Shown here piece by piece: positions 1-12,700 of a stretch of 64,000 bases of DNA. The translations under genes were made by a program, and so were the position numbers. Origin of the DNA: Podarcis erhardii. Taxonomy: Eukaryota. The stretch is from NCBI GenBank assembly GCA_964252035.1, contig OZ176208.1; one strand, written 5' to 3'. The notes beneath the pieces are model-generated. The model searched no databases and was not told where the DNA came from. It saw nothing but the letters and a program-made list of their open reading frames with translations. Position 1 is the stretch's first letter. Every line of letters starts with the position of its first letter.

Positions 1-32
1 CCTTCTGATCGGCAAGTCCTAGGCTGCGTCCC
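1..32 (-). mobile_element. 5' fragment of a Sauria SINE at the window edge
   Basis: ccttctgatcggcaagtcctaggct is identical to 27604-27628 in the Sauria SINE copy. Confidence 0.75.
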
Positions 33-443
33 CTGTGAAGCCCTTAGTTGTACTAAATATAGGATATTCACTATTCTTTTCCAAAGGATTTCTTTAGCAA
101 TAGATTCTCTTTCATGAATCCATTCTGGAACATTTCATTTTGGGTTGCTGCCATGTTCATCCTGTTCTAACCTAGTTGACAAAAGTTTTCTGTCTACTTT
201 TCCCCTTCTGTGCTACCTACTGCTTTGCGTTTTCAACGGCGGATTTCTTTCATTTATATTCTGTTTGCAGTTGGAATTGTTTTTGGCCAGTTATGCGTGG
301 GGAACATTGGTATTTATTATTCATACATTTTGTTCCTTGGTACTGACTAAGATCAGATTAAAGATGTTACTCCCCTGAATAATAATTCCTCTGATGTGTG
401 CAGGAGTAACATCATGATTCATCAAGTGAGCGGTAACACTTAC

Positions 444-720
444 CTTTTCCAGCAACTCTTCTTCATATCTTTCTGACTCTTCTGGGTGTTCATCAATTGA
501 TTCCACAATCACCAGACTATTTTTCCTTGGATAAAGATCTTCTTGGTGGTCTTCAGGTTCTTGCACAATGGGTGAATCTGTTCGTTCACTAGATGTTGGG
601 GTATGAAGGTATGGCCTTTCAAGATCCTCAGAGCCTGCAGTAGTGCCCTCAGACTTTTCACTGGGAATGCTTGTTGCTTTTTCTCCTTTTGGTGCCTGTG
701 TTGCTCCAGAAGTTGTGACA
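444..720 (-). CDS. ANK2: ANK2 C-terminal regulatory exon (277 nt): FVTTSG...YLHTPTSSER...RKNSLVIVES...ELLEK
   Basis: CAG acceptor at 722-721, AAG|GTAAGT donor; contained in ORF 321..743. Confidence 0.93.
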
Positions 721-1261
721 CTGTGAATTAAAGTTGAATTCAAGGTACCTAATTATTATATGTTCTCTGTTTCTAGTGAATAAGTATACAGATGAATGTC
801 AGGGTAAATATTCAACATGACTTTAATATAAACCTTAGGAGGACCACTCTCCATCCTTGCTCTTAACAGTTCAACACTCTTCATTCTTGCTTGGAAATAT
901 ATTGGAACTTCCCTATTATGTTTTCATATTTTATTTTCTTACACTTATATCTTGCCTTTCTCCCATCATGGAACTCAAGACAGTGCAATCGTGTTCCCAG
1001 TCCCAGGTGGTCACCCATCCCAAATCATCCTCTACCTTCTGTTCATAGACTCCCCTGGAGGAAAAATCCTTCTGTGAGTTGAGGGATACCATTGGATACA
1101 ACCCCTAATTTATTTATTTTTTTAAAAAAATTCTCTTTTGTCCTTTGGAAATTCACTGGCTCAGTAATTTCTCTGACATATGTCTATAGTCACATAGAGT
1201 TCATATTTGACTGAGCATATAACACTTTCTAATGTGCGTCTGCTCTGAATGCATGAGCATG

Positions 1262-1328
1262 AAGAATCATAGAATCATAGAGTTGGAAGAGACCACAAGG
1301 GCCATCGAGTCCAACCCCCTGCCAAGAA
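1262..1328 (-). mobile_element. CR1-type 3' terminus
   Basis: agaatcatagaatcatagagttggaagagaccacaagggccatcgagtccaacccc is the reverse of the CR1 (ATTCTATG)n end. Confidence 0.75.
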
Positions 1329-1503
1329 CTTGCAGCTCTGAAAGCAGGTGTCTTAAATCAATTTTGTTTGTGAAACAGAAAACATAATATATGGAATCTA
1401 AATAGTGCACTTGTGTGTGTGTGTTTTATAGAGGTCAACAGAGCGTACGGTACATTTCTCACAATATGCCATCATTTTGGGTCTGCAATCTTGGGATTCT
1501 TAC

Positions 1504-1783
1504 AAGTATTCTTGTGTAGTAGATGAATCTTCTGGCAGCGCATGAGATTTCCCTGAGAATTCAGCTTCCACTCGCTCCTTGTGTGCTTGTCGTAGGAGTT
1601 CTGTAATGGATAGTTCCGCCTCACCTCTAGGTGTGCCGTCATGCAAGGGTGAGTAACTCACAGAAATGTCTTCCTCAGAGACAAGGGGAGGGTGATCTGA
1701 TGGCTCACTGTCTTTAGAAAAAGAATGCTCTTCTTCCTTCTTATCTCTTGTGCTGTACAAATCTTCACGGAGTGCAGAAAAAC
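1504..1783 (-). CDS. ANK2: ANK2 C-terminal regulatory exon (280 nt): GFSALREDLY...DHPPLVSEEDISVSYS...TTQEY
   Basis: TAG acceptor, TT|GTAAG donor; contained in ORF 1500..1820. Confidence 0.93.
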
Positions 1784-2270
1784 CTACAGCAAGGTAAAAA
1801 CAGTTATTTGGTCTTCCCATGTAAAGTAGGAAGGTCTGCTCAGTTTACATCTACCTGCAGATTTGTGGTGGTGCTGAGTAGGGAGAGGCAAATCTGTCAG
1901 TTTTGGTTTCTCTCTGTTTCTTGTTTTTTCAATCTTAAATTCTATGCCTTTCCACATCAGCTTGCAATTTTTTTAAAAAAAAAATGCTCCTGAAAATTCA
2001 TCATTATTTTAGTGCAAATTTCTCCATTGCATAATTTTTTTTTGCCTAATATACATATTTCTGCAAAGCAATGTCCCCCAATATTTGCATTTTAATGCAC
2101 ACTTTACCCTCATACAAATTACTTGGCTGGAGAACCGCACTACATAATTTGCAGAAGTGTGAATTTCAAAGGATCACTGTGTTTCACTTTCACTGAATTG
2201 AATTTCTCCCACTTCCTAAGGTTTCATGTAGAGGCACCACACACAAAAGCGCATACAAAAATGTCTGCTG

Positions 2271-2470
2271 ACATAGAGCATAGAACCATAGAGTGGGGGG
2301 GGGGGGTTCAGAGGCCAATCCCCAGCTTGATCCAGATAACCCAGAGCTGGAGCATCCACAAGACATTACTCTTTAGCTTCTGTTTGAAGAACTCCAGTGA
2401 GGAAGAGCCCACCACTCCTCTAGGTCATTGTCCCCATTGCTTAACTACTCTTACCATCAGACAACTTCCG
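2271..2470 (-). mobile_element. CR1 LINE 3' end
   Basis: Minus strand VRVVKQW...SSLEFFKQKL-like ORF2 end, with a (CATAGA)-type terminal repeat on the plus strand. Confidence 0.75.
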
Positions 2471-3091
2471 CAGACGGCAACCTGGACAGCTTTCCTTCCA
2501 GATAAACATGTTCCCATTTGTGCTGTATATTGATATTTTAGGGTTTCATTATCCTACACATGCCTCCTACTAAGCTTAGCATTAAAAGCATTTAGAGATG
2601 ATTCCAACACACATGCAGACATCTTGACACTCACGGAATGACTCACACCTTGAGTGTGAGTCTGCTAATACTGCTAATACTGCTAATACTGAAAGGCATC
2701 ATTGTTGATGTAATGAGCTCTGTATGAATGCTCTGTCTTTGGGTGCCTCCAGATTGTCCCTATCTTGTGGGAGGGATTCAAGCATATATCAGAAATTTAG
2801 ATTTAAAAGGCGCTGTTGCCCTAGTGCAGCAAATGCACTTAAAAAAAAATAATCTGCCATCTTGAGGGTTGGTAAGCGACAGGGAAATGCATTGAAAAGT
2901 GTGGGATAAACAAACACCCCACAAGCAAAACAGGATGAGTAATCAACAAAGACTGTCTATAATCTAACCACTGCCTAATTTTTGTGCAAGCAAATCAGGT
3001 TGAATTCTCAATAAGCAGGGCTTTGATGGTTGTGTCATCAATGCTGACAAGTTACAAAAGAGTGAGCAGAGATGTGTGAGTTCACCTTTAC

Positions 3092-3232
3092 CTTCACTAT
3101 GATCCAGTCCTATTGTCTGTTCAATTTCTGCATAGGTGCGATTATGGTCTCGGGATGTTTCCATGGTGTTCTCCATGAGATGAACAATATCCATACGATT
3201 TATTTTTGTAAGACACTCAGTAAGGCTTGAAT
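3092..3232 (-). CDS. ANK2: ANK2 exon, end of death domain (141 nt): [21 protein letters not shown]...GLDHSE
   Basis: CAG acceptor, GTAAAG donor; overlaps ORF 2964..3194. Confidence 0.95.
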
Positions 3233-3968
3233 CTGTGATACAGAAGAGACCAGACTTTATTTGAGCTGTGTGTGCTCTTTTCCCTGTCCTCCAGATTCAC
3301 ACAGCAAAAGAGTATAACTCAGAAGTCTGCATTAGCACCTTGAATTTGGAGATGAATGATGAAAATATGTCTTTTTCTTCTGTCCGCCCTAAGGTTATCC
3401 CCAAACAATTGGAAAAGGTAGGCTACTTACCTATAACTCAAGGGTGTCCACCTATAAAAGTTCAAAGAAGCTTGCTACATCTGCTGACCAGCAGTTACAG
3501 CAACCCCCTTTGAGGTCCTGTCTGCGGAGCAAAAATGTCCACTTACAGGTGAGGTTTGAATCCAAATTGTGCCTGCAAATGGGCTTTATTGGGGGTCGCT
3601 GGCAGCTCCTCACCCTGCTGTGAGTGGTGCTGTGTCATAAATTTCTTCTGCGCTTTTTGTCTGCCATTCTCATCAATTTATTGGGGGGGGGGGTGTACCT
3701 CTCTTACAAAGACATTTTTTGCAAACTCTACATAGCTCAAGGGCAAACCAGGGCCATTCAATTCCTTCACAACAGCTGTGAGAATGTCAACCAAAGATGT
3801 CAACACTGGCAGTGGGGAAAGAGGGTGGAAATGTGGGACTGTACTGCCACTTTCCCCTTTGTATTATGCATGTGAATTCTTGTCAGTGTTGCACTTCAGC
3901 GAAGTACATGTATACTCACTAGGCTCCTTTGCCAAGAAAGAAAAGGTATCTACTAAAACTGAGCATAC

Positions 3969-4100
3969 CAGTAGCATGTTTCCCATCACGTTCCAGCCAA
4001 TATTTCAGCAGTGCGTGACTCTGGTCCTGCAGTGAATTAGGATTCTCAATTCGGATCTGATGAATTTGTTCCTCTGTGAAATCCAGTTCTCTTGCTAGCT
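3969..4100 (-). CDS. ANK2: ANK2 death-domain exon (132 nt): [44 protein letters not shown]
   Basis: CAG acceptor, GTATG donor. Confidence 0.96.
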
Positions 4101-5286
4101 CTGAAAACGCACATTATTAAAATAATTTCAAACAGTCACACATTTCCTTTTAAATACTTAACACCTATTTTAAGTGCATTTAACATTTACCTGGGAGCAA
4201 AGCCTGATTAAAAAAATGAGACTTACTTCTGAGTAGATATTTATAAGGTTAAGCCATTATAGGGTCAAGCAGTAGCCCCAGAAATCTAGCATTCTGGGAG
4301 CAGGCTGGAGGAAGCCTTGAATCTGTTGAATCCAAAGCCCATTCTTTTTCCTGAGATACCTCAGAATATGCCATACTGCAACTGAATTCAAAGAGTCAAA
4401 TATCCAGCCTATTCCCTGAAAAACTTGTGGGGATTTTGAAGATGGAATGGCATCATCCACCATTTCACCTTCCCTCTCTGTCCCACTTAAATTTAATCTG
4501 TTAGGCTTCATTCTTGTGCCAGCTTTCTGAGAGCAAGCCCTATGGACTCAATAAAACTGAGTAGATATGTCTAGAATTATACTGTTTGGTGCATCCTTGC
4601 TAACTTTTAGGTTATTAGGAGACTTGCCTTTCTTGTGAACCCAATATCCTCCTGTGTATTACCTGGAGACTATTTGGGCTTCAACTACATTTAGGGTATT
4701 AGCTATTTTCATTCACATTTGTCACATCTCAGCTTCAATTTAGAGGATACAGTAGTTATATCTGGTTTTCTTCTCCAGGGCCAGTCCTACCATTAGGTAG
4801 AATAAGGCAGTTGCTTTAAGCTGATTTGGTGCATCACAAAAGGGAAGCAAATTGTTAATGATTTGAGTTTTGGATGTCATGCATCATGCTGTGCGAAGAT
4901 AACTTGATCGGCCTTGGGTGCTGTATACCTTGGGTGGATGAGAACCATCTGCTGTTCTGCCTCAGAAAGCCAAATGTGTTGCTCTTCACTCAAAAAACAA
5001 AAGTGGCCGTACAGGGATTACTTTTACTATCCAGCACCTGTATTCTGGCAGCCATTTTGGATCAAAATCTCAGCATGTTCTCTGTGTTAAGAATTCACAC
5101 AATGTTTTTCCTGAGCATGTAGGAATAACTTATGTAAAATCTGTAATAAAACATGCCAGTCGGATCTACAGCTACTGTCCCTGGTAGGCAGCTGTAATTC
5201 CAGTTTGTGTCACAACAGATAAGGAAGAAGAGCTAGAAATTTCATTTCCCTAAGATGGTTGTGATCTCAACCACATTAGAGCTTAC

Positions 5287-5361
5287 CTGTCCAGCTGAAT
5301 CCAAGGTGATCAGCGATATGTGCCAGTCTTTCCTCTATCCTTTCTTGATCATCCTGTTGAT
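5287..5361 (-). CDS. ANK2: ANK2 death-domain exon (75 nt): [25 protein letters not shown]
   Basis: TAG acceptor, GTAAG donor; contained in ORF 5276..5527. Confidence 0.96.
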
Positions 5362-6317
5362 CTAAAGCAAGGTCAAATAGGACAGGTTTTTGTTTTGTTT
5401 TTAGGGCAAAACTGATCTGCCTCACGGGGAGAGACTCCATAAAATAAGGCCAGTGTTTAACAGTGTCTGCTTTCAAAGGAAACCAAAGCTCTTGGTATGC
5501 AGCTAGAATGGAAATATTTGAATACAAAGCACTTTATTTAAAATGCCTGCTTAATTGAGTATGGTAATGGAGGCTTTGGAAAACACTGTCCTCAATTTTA
5601 TTTTGGAGCTCATAACTCCTAAACATTTAAAATAAAACAGAACAAAGGGAAAGATAAATAATTTGCTGGAGCAGGAAATATGGTTTTTCATGCCTCTTTA
5701 AAGTAATGGCAAATGGCCATCAAACTCATATTTGCAATATTAGGTGATGTATCCGTAACTTCATTCCAAACATTAAGAGCATCATATTTTAAAAGTTGCA
5801 CTGCTTACAACTATCAAAAAGATTTCCAGATCACATCTGTGCAGCATTAGTATTTAGCAGTATTAAGTTTGTTTGTTTTTTTGCTAGAACATGTTGCATT
5901 CCTAGCTCTTTACAAAGAAGGCATGCAAAAGCAAGTGCACACTTTTTCTCAGCGATATTTGCACCAAAGCAGCAAGAATTAACCCCAACAGCCAATCTGT
6001 TACCAGCAGAGTTTGAGTTTTTGTTTTCCTATGTGTGCATTTGAAGTCATAGTCTCTACAGCTCAAAATTCAGTTACCATATTTTCCTCTTATTGCTCCT
6101 TAGTGCTATTATAGGAAGTTCTTTTTTTAAAAAAAAATGGATCCAAACATTGGGCATTAAATTTAACATAAATCCAGTGAACCAGCTTCCATTAGTAAAT
6201 GGTGCCAAGCAAAAGTACAACAACAATAAAAGGGTTGGAGTTTTTTTTAAGGCACTAATAACTTTGCTTTTGGCACAGCTATATGGACTTGCATATCCTG
6301 AATTATAGTTATCTTAC

Positions 6318-6326
6318 CTGGTTCAT
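6318..6326 (-). CDS. ANK2: ANK2 candidate 9-nt microexon ATGAACCAG (adds three residues; DEP after the giant exon; phase 1-1)
   Basis: tacttttgacacag acceptor, consensus CAG|GTAAGA donor, frame-preserving. Confidence 0.6.
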
Positions 6327-6750
6327 CTGTGTCAAAAGTAATTCATGGCAAAGTGATTCAATTATAGTGAAGAGAATCCAAAAACTAAAACTTGCGTGGT
6401 CAGCTGTATTAGAAGCGAAATAATAATGCTCTAAATTTGTTAGTTAAACAACATGAACAAATGTTGTTGTTTTAGCAAAAAAGACTATATTGCTATGTTT
6501 TATCCTTTGCGTAAGCATTTGCAGTGTGCAATCTTGAGATTGTTTCAGGGATAGTAAAATACATACACGACATAAAACAAAACAAACGGAGCTTACACAA
6601 AACACATTGGCAACCACAGGAAGCTTTAAAAAGGAGACACACAAACCACACACAAAAAAAAGCAAGGGGGAAAGAAGGGAAGAAACAACAACCAAAGAAT
6701 TGCGATTCATGACATGCGTAGCAAAGGGAATCCCAATGGCTGGCAAATAC

Positions 6751-9700
6751 CTTCAACATGGTCAGGGACATTTTCATCAGGAATACGCTCAATCAGAGTC
6801 TCAATAGACTCATCCCAAATGGGCCTGGTGTCAAAGATGTCCTCGGCAACTGACTGCTGGGTCTCAATGGATGGCACATTTTCAATAACTGAAACTTCTA
6901 GGGCGCTACTACTTTCATCATCTGAAACTAATTCTTGTTCTTTCTCTGACTGAGTAAGTCTATCCACTAATTTGGAAGCTTCATCGCTAATCTCTTCAAA
7001 GAACTCTATGGAGTTTTTGTAAAGGTCAAAAAAATGTTCCTTACTTTCTTTAGTGGGACTAACAGCACTGCGGGAAGCTGAGGCGCTTCTGTTCTTAACG
7101 GGCAACCGCGAAGGAAATATCTTTGGTCGTGAAGTCGTCTGCTCGTCTGATTCTACCTCAAGCTTCATCTCACCCACCCTCTCTCTGGTTTCTGCTTCGG
7201 CCTCAGCATAACTTCTAGCTTTGACTGAACGCTTAGCCTTTGAGTCCACGGAGGCACTTTCATCAGATTCAGATTTGCTCCTAATGTCTTGTTTCGCAGG
7301 TAGCTTGCATGTTTTGTCAAGCGCTTTAGCTGACTCTGGCTTCCAGACAGACGTCTCTGTATACAAACACTCTTGTTCAACTCTTTGGAAAACTGCCTTG
7401 ACTGGAATCTTAGACTTTGGTTTGGACGGGTCATCCTCTGATTCCTCTAGGGCCTCAACAAAGCTATCTGAAGGAAGGCTCTCATGCTCTGATTGTTGCA
7501 ATGAGTGGGATGCAGCGGGAGTTGTCCTAATGGGAATTTTGGATTTGCTTTCAGAAGGCACACTTTCCATGATGGCAGTGGGGATTTCAATCACAGATTT
7601 CTGCTCCTCTGGTGAGGAGTCTGGGGAATCATCTTCCTGCTCAGCATACACCGACCTAGTGACTGTTGAAAAATCTAACTGTACATCAATCACAGTCTGC
7701 TCGGGAGAGACAGGGCAAGGCACCTGGGAGCTGTCAAACATGTCTTCAGTATCAGCTCTAGGGAAGAAGTCATCATCATCAGAAGCAGCAGTTTCTTTCT
7801 TTGGTGACTTTGAAGAGGCTGAAATGCCCATTTTAATAGGGATTCTAGATTTAATATCCCCTTTTGTGGTGTAGAAACCACTGGCCTCATCTTCTGATAC
7901 AGATGTGAGTGAGCCTTTTATAGGCATCTCTGCTTCATCTAGTTCAGAAGACGCAAATAGAACTGGGGGTTGCTCCTGCTGGAGAGATTCCAGGCCTTCA
8001 GCTTCTCTCATTTCTTCAGATAAGGACACATCTTCCTGAGACTGCTCTCCCATTTGGAAAAAGTGTAAGTTTTCATCAGAATAATTCCTCTTGGTCATGT
8101 CAATGGCACCACTCCTTGTCATTTCAAACAATTTCCCTTCCTGGAAAAGAAAGGGGTTTTGTTCACTGGTAGGTGTCCCTTCTTCTGTAGGAGTCCTGGC
8201 TGGTGTCGTGTCAGGTGTGGTGCCTTGTGATCTCCTGTCTACCATTAAGCCAAATATCCTTTGTTCTTCCTCTTTCACCCGAGCCTCAAAAGCATCATCA
8301 TCTTCACGTATCTGACTCCACTTGTCAGAATCCACATCTGTCCTGGTTATGATCACTTGGTTGATTATTTTCTCAGCTTCATCTCTGATATCTTGTAGAG
8401 CAGCTTCATCTAGTGATGTGGCCTCTGATGTTGATTGTTTCTGAAAGATGCCCACATGTTTGGATTCTAACTCCATATAGATATCTTCTGAGGTCTGAAC
8501 CTCAGAACCTACAGATGCTGGTGTACAAAGGGAACTGGTCAGTGCAATTTCCTCACTGAAGGTAGTTTCTACCTCAGTAGAATGATGAACCCCAGATGAC
8601 TGGTCTGTTGTCATCCTTAAACCAGTTCCTGAACTAATTTCAGTGCTAGTAAAAAAGTGCTGTGAAGGGACATTTTCATAAGGGCTTGTTATAGGCAGAG
8701 AACTGCTTTCATCAACATCATCTGCATTCTTTTCAGGGTCACCCTTTTGGGTTGTTTGAGGTGAATGGTCTGCAGAGTGTTCTACACTACAAAAATCCCT
8801 TTGTGCCATCTCAACAATGTTGTTAGTTTCAGCCAAATCACTTCCCAAAGGGGAGTGAACAGGTGAAACAACAGTAGCCAATTCATCATTTGGGGATATA
8901 CAGCAATGAGAGGAGCCAGGGATACAGGAGCCCCCTCTGGTTCCCATGGCAACCATGTCTCTGTGTGTTACCTCCTCAGATGCTCCACCATCTTTCTCAG
9001 AATCATCCTGGTTGTGTGACGCCACTGAGGTTTCATATAACTCAGCTATTTTGGGGGCGTCACCACCCACAGAATGATAGAATGCCTCCTCAGGCTGCAT
9101 CATGGGGCCATTAGGGCTAGCAGTGTCACTCTCATCAGTGCTGTAGCACTTGGACTCGCTAGCTTGTGCTATGATGCTAGTATCTGAGGCAAGAGAGGTG
9201 TCACCAGACATTTTGGTTTCCTCTGTTGGCTTATCTGATTCTGTGTTGTCCTCTTCGGTACCAAATTCATGCTGCTTGGATTCAATAGGCTGAAACCTTG
9301 TTTCTTCAGGACTAGAACTGGAATCCCTATGACAAAGATGAGGTGAAGGAGGCTGCACCCTAATTACAGGCTCCATCAGCAGCCCAGAGTCAGCCTCCTT
9401 TTTCAGCTTTGTTAATTCTGGCTCACTTTCTGAAGAGGAAGAAGTCTTTCTAGATTCAGCTGCAGAAGTGAGTACAGTAGGTATGCCACCATCTTCTACA
9501 GGCGTTGAGGGTGCAAATTCAAGTTCAGACGCAGCTTCCAAATCAGAAGCTGAAGCAGCATCTTCTTGTTTGGGGTCCTTTCTATAGTCCCGCTTCTGCT
9601 TCGCTTCCTGTTCCAGCTCATCAAACATTTTGACTTTAGTCACCATTTTAAACATCTCTTCTTCTGGTGTGAACCTCCTCGTCGGCTCACCTTCGGGGTC

Positions 9701-12700
9701 ATCTTCTGGCTCTTCGCTGACTTCAGGAATCACAGCTGACTTGGGTATGTTTGAGAGCATTTGTGAATCTGTTGTCTTGGGTGTGATTTCATAGCTAATC
9801 TCTTCGGAGCTGGGAGTCTCGGGTGAAAGAGGGCTTTTCCCTGAGCTTTCCATAAGAGAGGTTTGCTCTAAACTGTCATCTTCAGCACTGCCATCAGGGT
9901 CACGTAAAAGTCTAGATCGCACAGGTGTCAGCTCTGGGAAGTTTTCTGCTTTGGCAAAGGCAGCCTGCATGGGACCAGGTCCTGGAGGGAAGCCAGTCTT
10001 TGTTTTCTGTTCTACGGGGCTGCTTTCAAGAGAATCACGGCAGGGGGATTCTTTGGTAGGACTAGGCTCAAGGGAATCGGGTGTTTTACGGGAGGAATTA
10101 TCTTCCAGTACTGGGCTTGCTTCTAATGAATCTTTATGGCTTATAGCTAAGGATTCATCTGCAACTGGGCTAAGACCTTCACTGTCTTGGCTAGGAAGTG
10201 AAAGCTCCAGTCCTCTACTAATGGCATGGTGCTCAAAGGATACCTGATCCTCTTTCTCTAAAATAGTATCATGCAGTTCAGGTAACTTAGTTAAATGTCC
10301 TTGCTCAGTAGCCATAGATAACTCATCCCTGACAGCATCTTTTTCAATCAATGTTGAGCTAGAATCTGTACATTTGCCTATCTCTTCTTTGGAGGTTGTA
10401 ACTTCTACTTCTTCTGACAAACGAGGAGAGAGGGACTCTGAGCCGATTATAACTTTTATGTCTTTGTCAGCAACAGTCCTTTCACTTTTTGTTGGAGAAA
10501 GTCCCTTTGGTGAATGTGCCTCTGCTGCTTTCTGCACTGTACTGGCTAATTCTGTTTCTTCCATCTGGTCAGCAGTTTCTGTTTTCTTTGGTGAAAAAGA
10601 GAGGCTCTCGGGGCTTGTTTCTGGAGTTTCGGCCAATCCCTCATGCTTATAACTTTCCTCAGAGCTGATCTGAGGGGTCCCATCGAGCAGGCTACCAACT
10701 GGAGAATCTGCTATGCCTTCATGTTTAAGGCTTTCTGAGCTGCCATCCAGAGCAGCACTTTGCAAGGAGAGAGCGGGCAAAAAACCATCTTTCACATATT
10801 CTGATGGAAATGTAACATTGAATGGACTGGTCAGTACTTGATCTAAGTGAAGCTCACCTTCCTCGGTAATTGAAATGTGCCGGAACTGTTGGTATTTATC
10901 ATTCTCCTCAAGCTCTTCCTTTATGACATCAGTAAAATCTGTGGACGTCTTTCTGTCTGGGCTGATTTGAAGGTCAGTATCCCCTTGGTCATCAAATGTC
11001 AGGGCCACACCCTTTGCATTGTCATCATCAGTTGTTGGAACATCTTTTTCTGCAGTTTTACTACTCTGCTGCCTTGTCTGCTGCATGGCTAAATCTTTTT
11101 TCAGAGTACCCTGTGCCTCTTTCTTAGATTGCAAGCCTGCCTCTGCCTGAGGTTCCTGGCTCTTTTTACCTTTCGGACTATCTTTTTTGTGTGTGTCTCT
11201 TTGTGTCATTGCCTGCTTCTTTTCAGTGTCTGCCTGAGCAGCTCCTTTCTTAGCCGGCTCTTTCTCAGAGACCTGCTGTTTCTGTTTCACAGACTTATGC
11301 TCAAAAAGTCCAGCCTTATGCTTTGATGGATCTTGACCTGACTGGAAGGCTTTCATCAGTTCACGAACAGACATCGTTTCTTCAAGTCTCTCTGTTTTAG
11401 AAGAAGGTGAAACAGGCGGCTTCTTGGTTGTGGGAGAAACAGGTGGCTTCTTAGATGTGGGAGAAACGGGTGGCTTTTTAGATGTGGGAGAAACAGCTGG
11501 CTTCTTAGTTGTGGGAGAAACAGCTGGCTTCTTAGTAGAGGGAGAGGAGAGTTTTGAAGGAGAGGGGGAAGCTGCAGTCTTTGAGGCAGAGGGAGAAGCG
11601 GGAATCTTTGAGGCAGAGGAGGAGGCTGCAGTCTTTGAGGCAGAGGGAGAAGCTGGTGTTTTTGAGGCAGAAGGGGAAGCTGGCGTTTTTGAGGCAGAGG
11701 GGGAAGCTGGGGTCTTTGAGGCAGAGGGAGAAGATGGGGGTTTCGCTTTGTAAATAATTTTTTTAGGCTGCGATAGCTTTGCAACAGACTTCTCGGTTGC
11801 CCCTTCTTTTCCTGGGGTGCGAACAGGCAATTTTGAACGTCCTTTCTGCTCATCTTCCACTCTCTTCTGAAGGGCTTTCACTTTATCTTTGATTGAGCCA
11901 ATAGGAGTTTCTTCTATAACAGGAGACACAGCTGTTGCCTTGGAAGGCTCTGCAGGGGCTAACCCTACCTCTTCATCTATAGACTCATCTGAGCTGAACT
12001 TTGTTAGTCCTGAATGTTCTTTCTTTCCTTTGGTTTCTTCATCCTTTGGCTTTTGTTTATCTTTTAATTTCTTCCTAACTGGTTTTTTAATTTCCAAGGT
12101 AGGTTTTTGCTGGACCTGCTTCTTTTCTTGGCTTCCCCCACCTTTTTCAGAGCCCCTGCTTACAACCACAGCTTCAAATCTCTCTTCTACTATGTCTTCT
12201 TGTAATGTCTTAGGCTGCATTTCATTAAGTGACATGTAATCTTTTAGATCTTGGCTGAGATGATCGATCATTCCCGCCATGTCTTTCTTTTCTTTCTCTG
12301 TTTTCCCTTTGCCTATTCTAGTTTCTGTGCAAACAGGCTCGGTAACTTCCAGTGGAGCATTCTGCTTAGCCTCTTCTATTTCTTCATCGCTTACAAGGAC
12401 CCATTCTTCTTCCACCAGCTCTTTCTCAGAACTGGATCTTTGAAGAACTGGCCCTTCTTTTGGACAGCTTCCACTTCTCAGGATTTCGTTCACTTTTTCC
12501 AAATCCTCCTTAACTCTTTCCACAATCTCAAATGGTTCTCCAGGTTCTTCATCGGCAGATTTCACAAGGTCCTTCACCTTAATGGAGCCTGACTTTTCAG
12601 CTGAGTCTGTGGTCAAGATGGCACTCATTTTAATCAAATCTTGTTTCATCTCAGAGACTTCAGATAGCAAGTCTGGGCTGGCTAGGACAGGGACTTCATT

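Noticed and set aside
321-443. Read-through of ORF 321..743 past the donor as an alternative C-terminus (HIRGIIIQG resembles obscurin-binding RRVIIQG)
   Set aside because: The donor AAG|GTAAGT is perfect and the resemblance is only a few residues; no evidence for retention.
11404-11750. 27-bp periodic array as CRISPR-like or non-coding satellite
   Set aside because: No unique spacers; in frame within a vertebrate coding exon, with variation mostly at third codon positions.
6714-12592. Many plus-strand and alternative-frame ORFs over the giant exon (e.g. 7221..7874, 217 aa)
   Set aside because: Expected shadows of a long biased coding exon and its tandem repeat; no independent motifs or splice signals.
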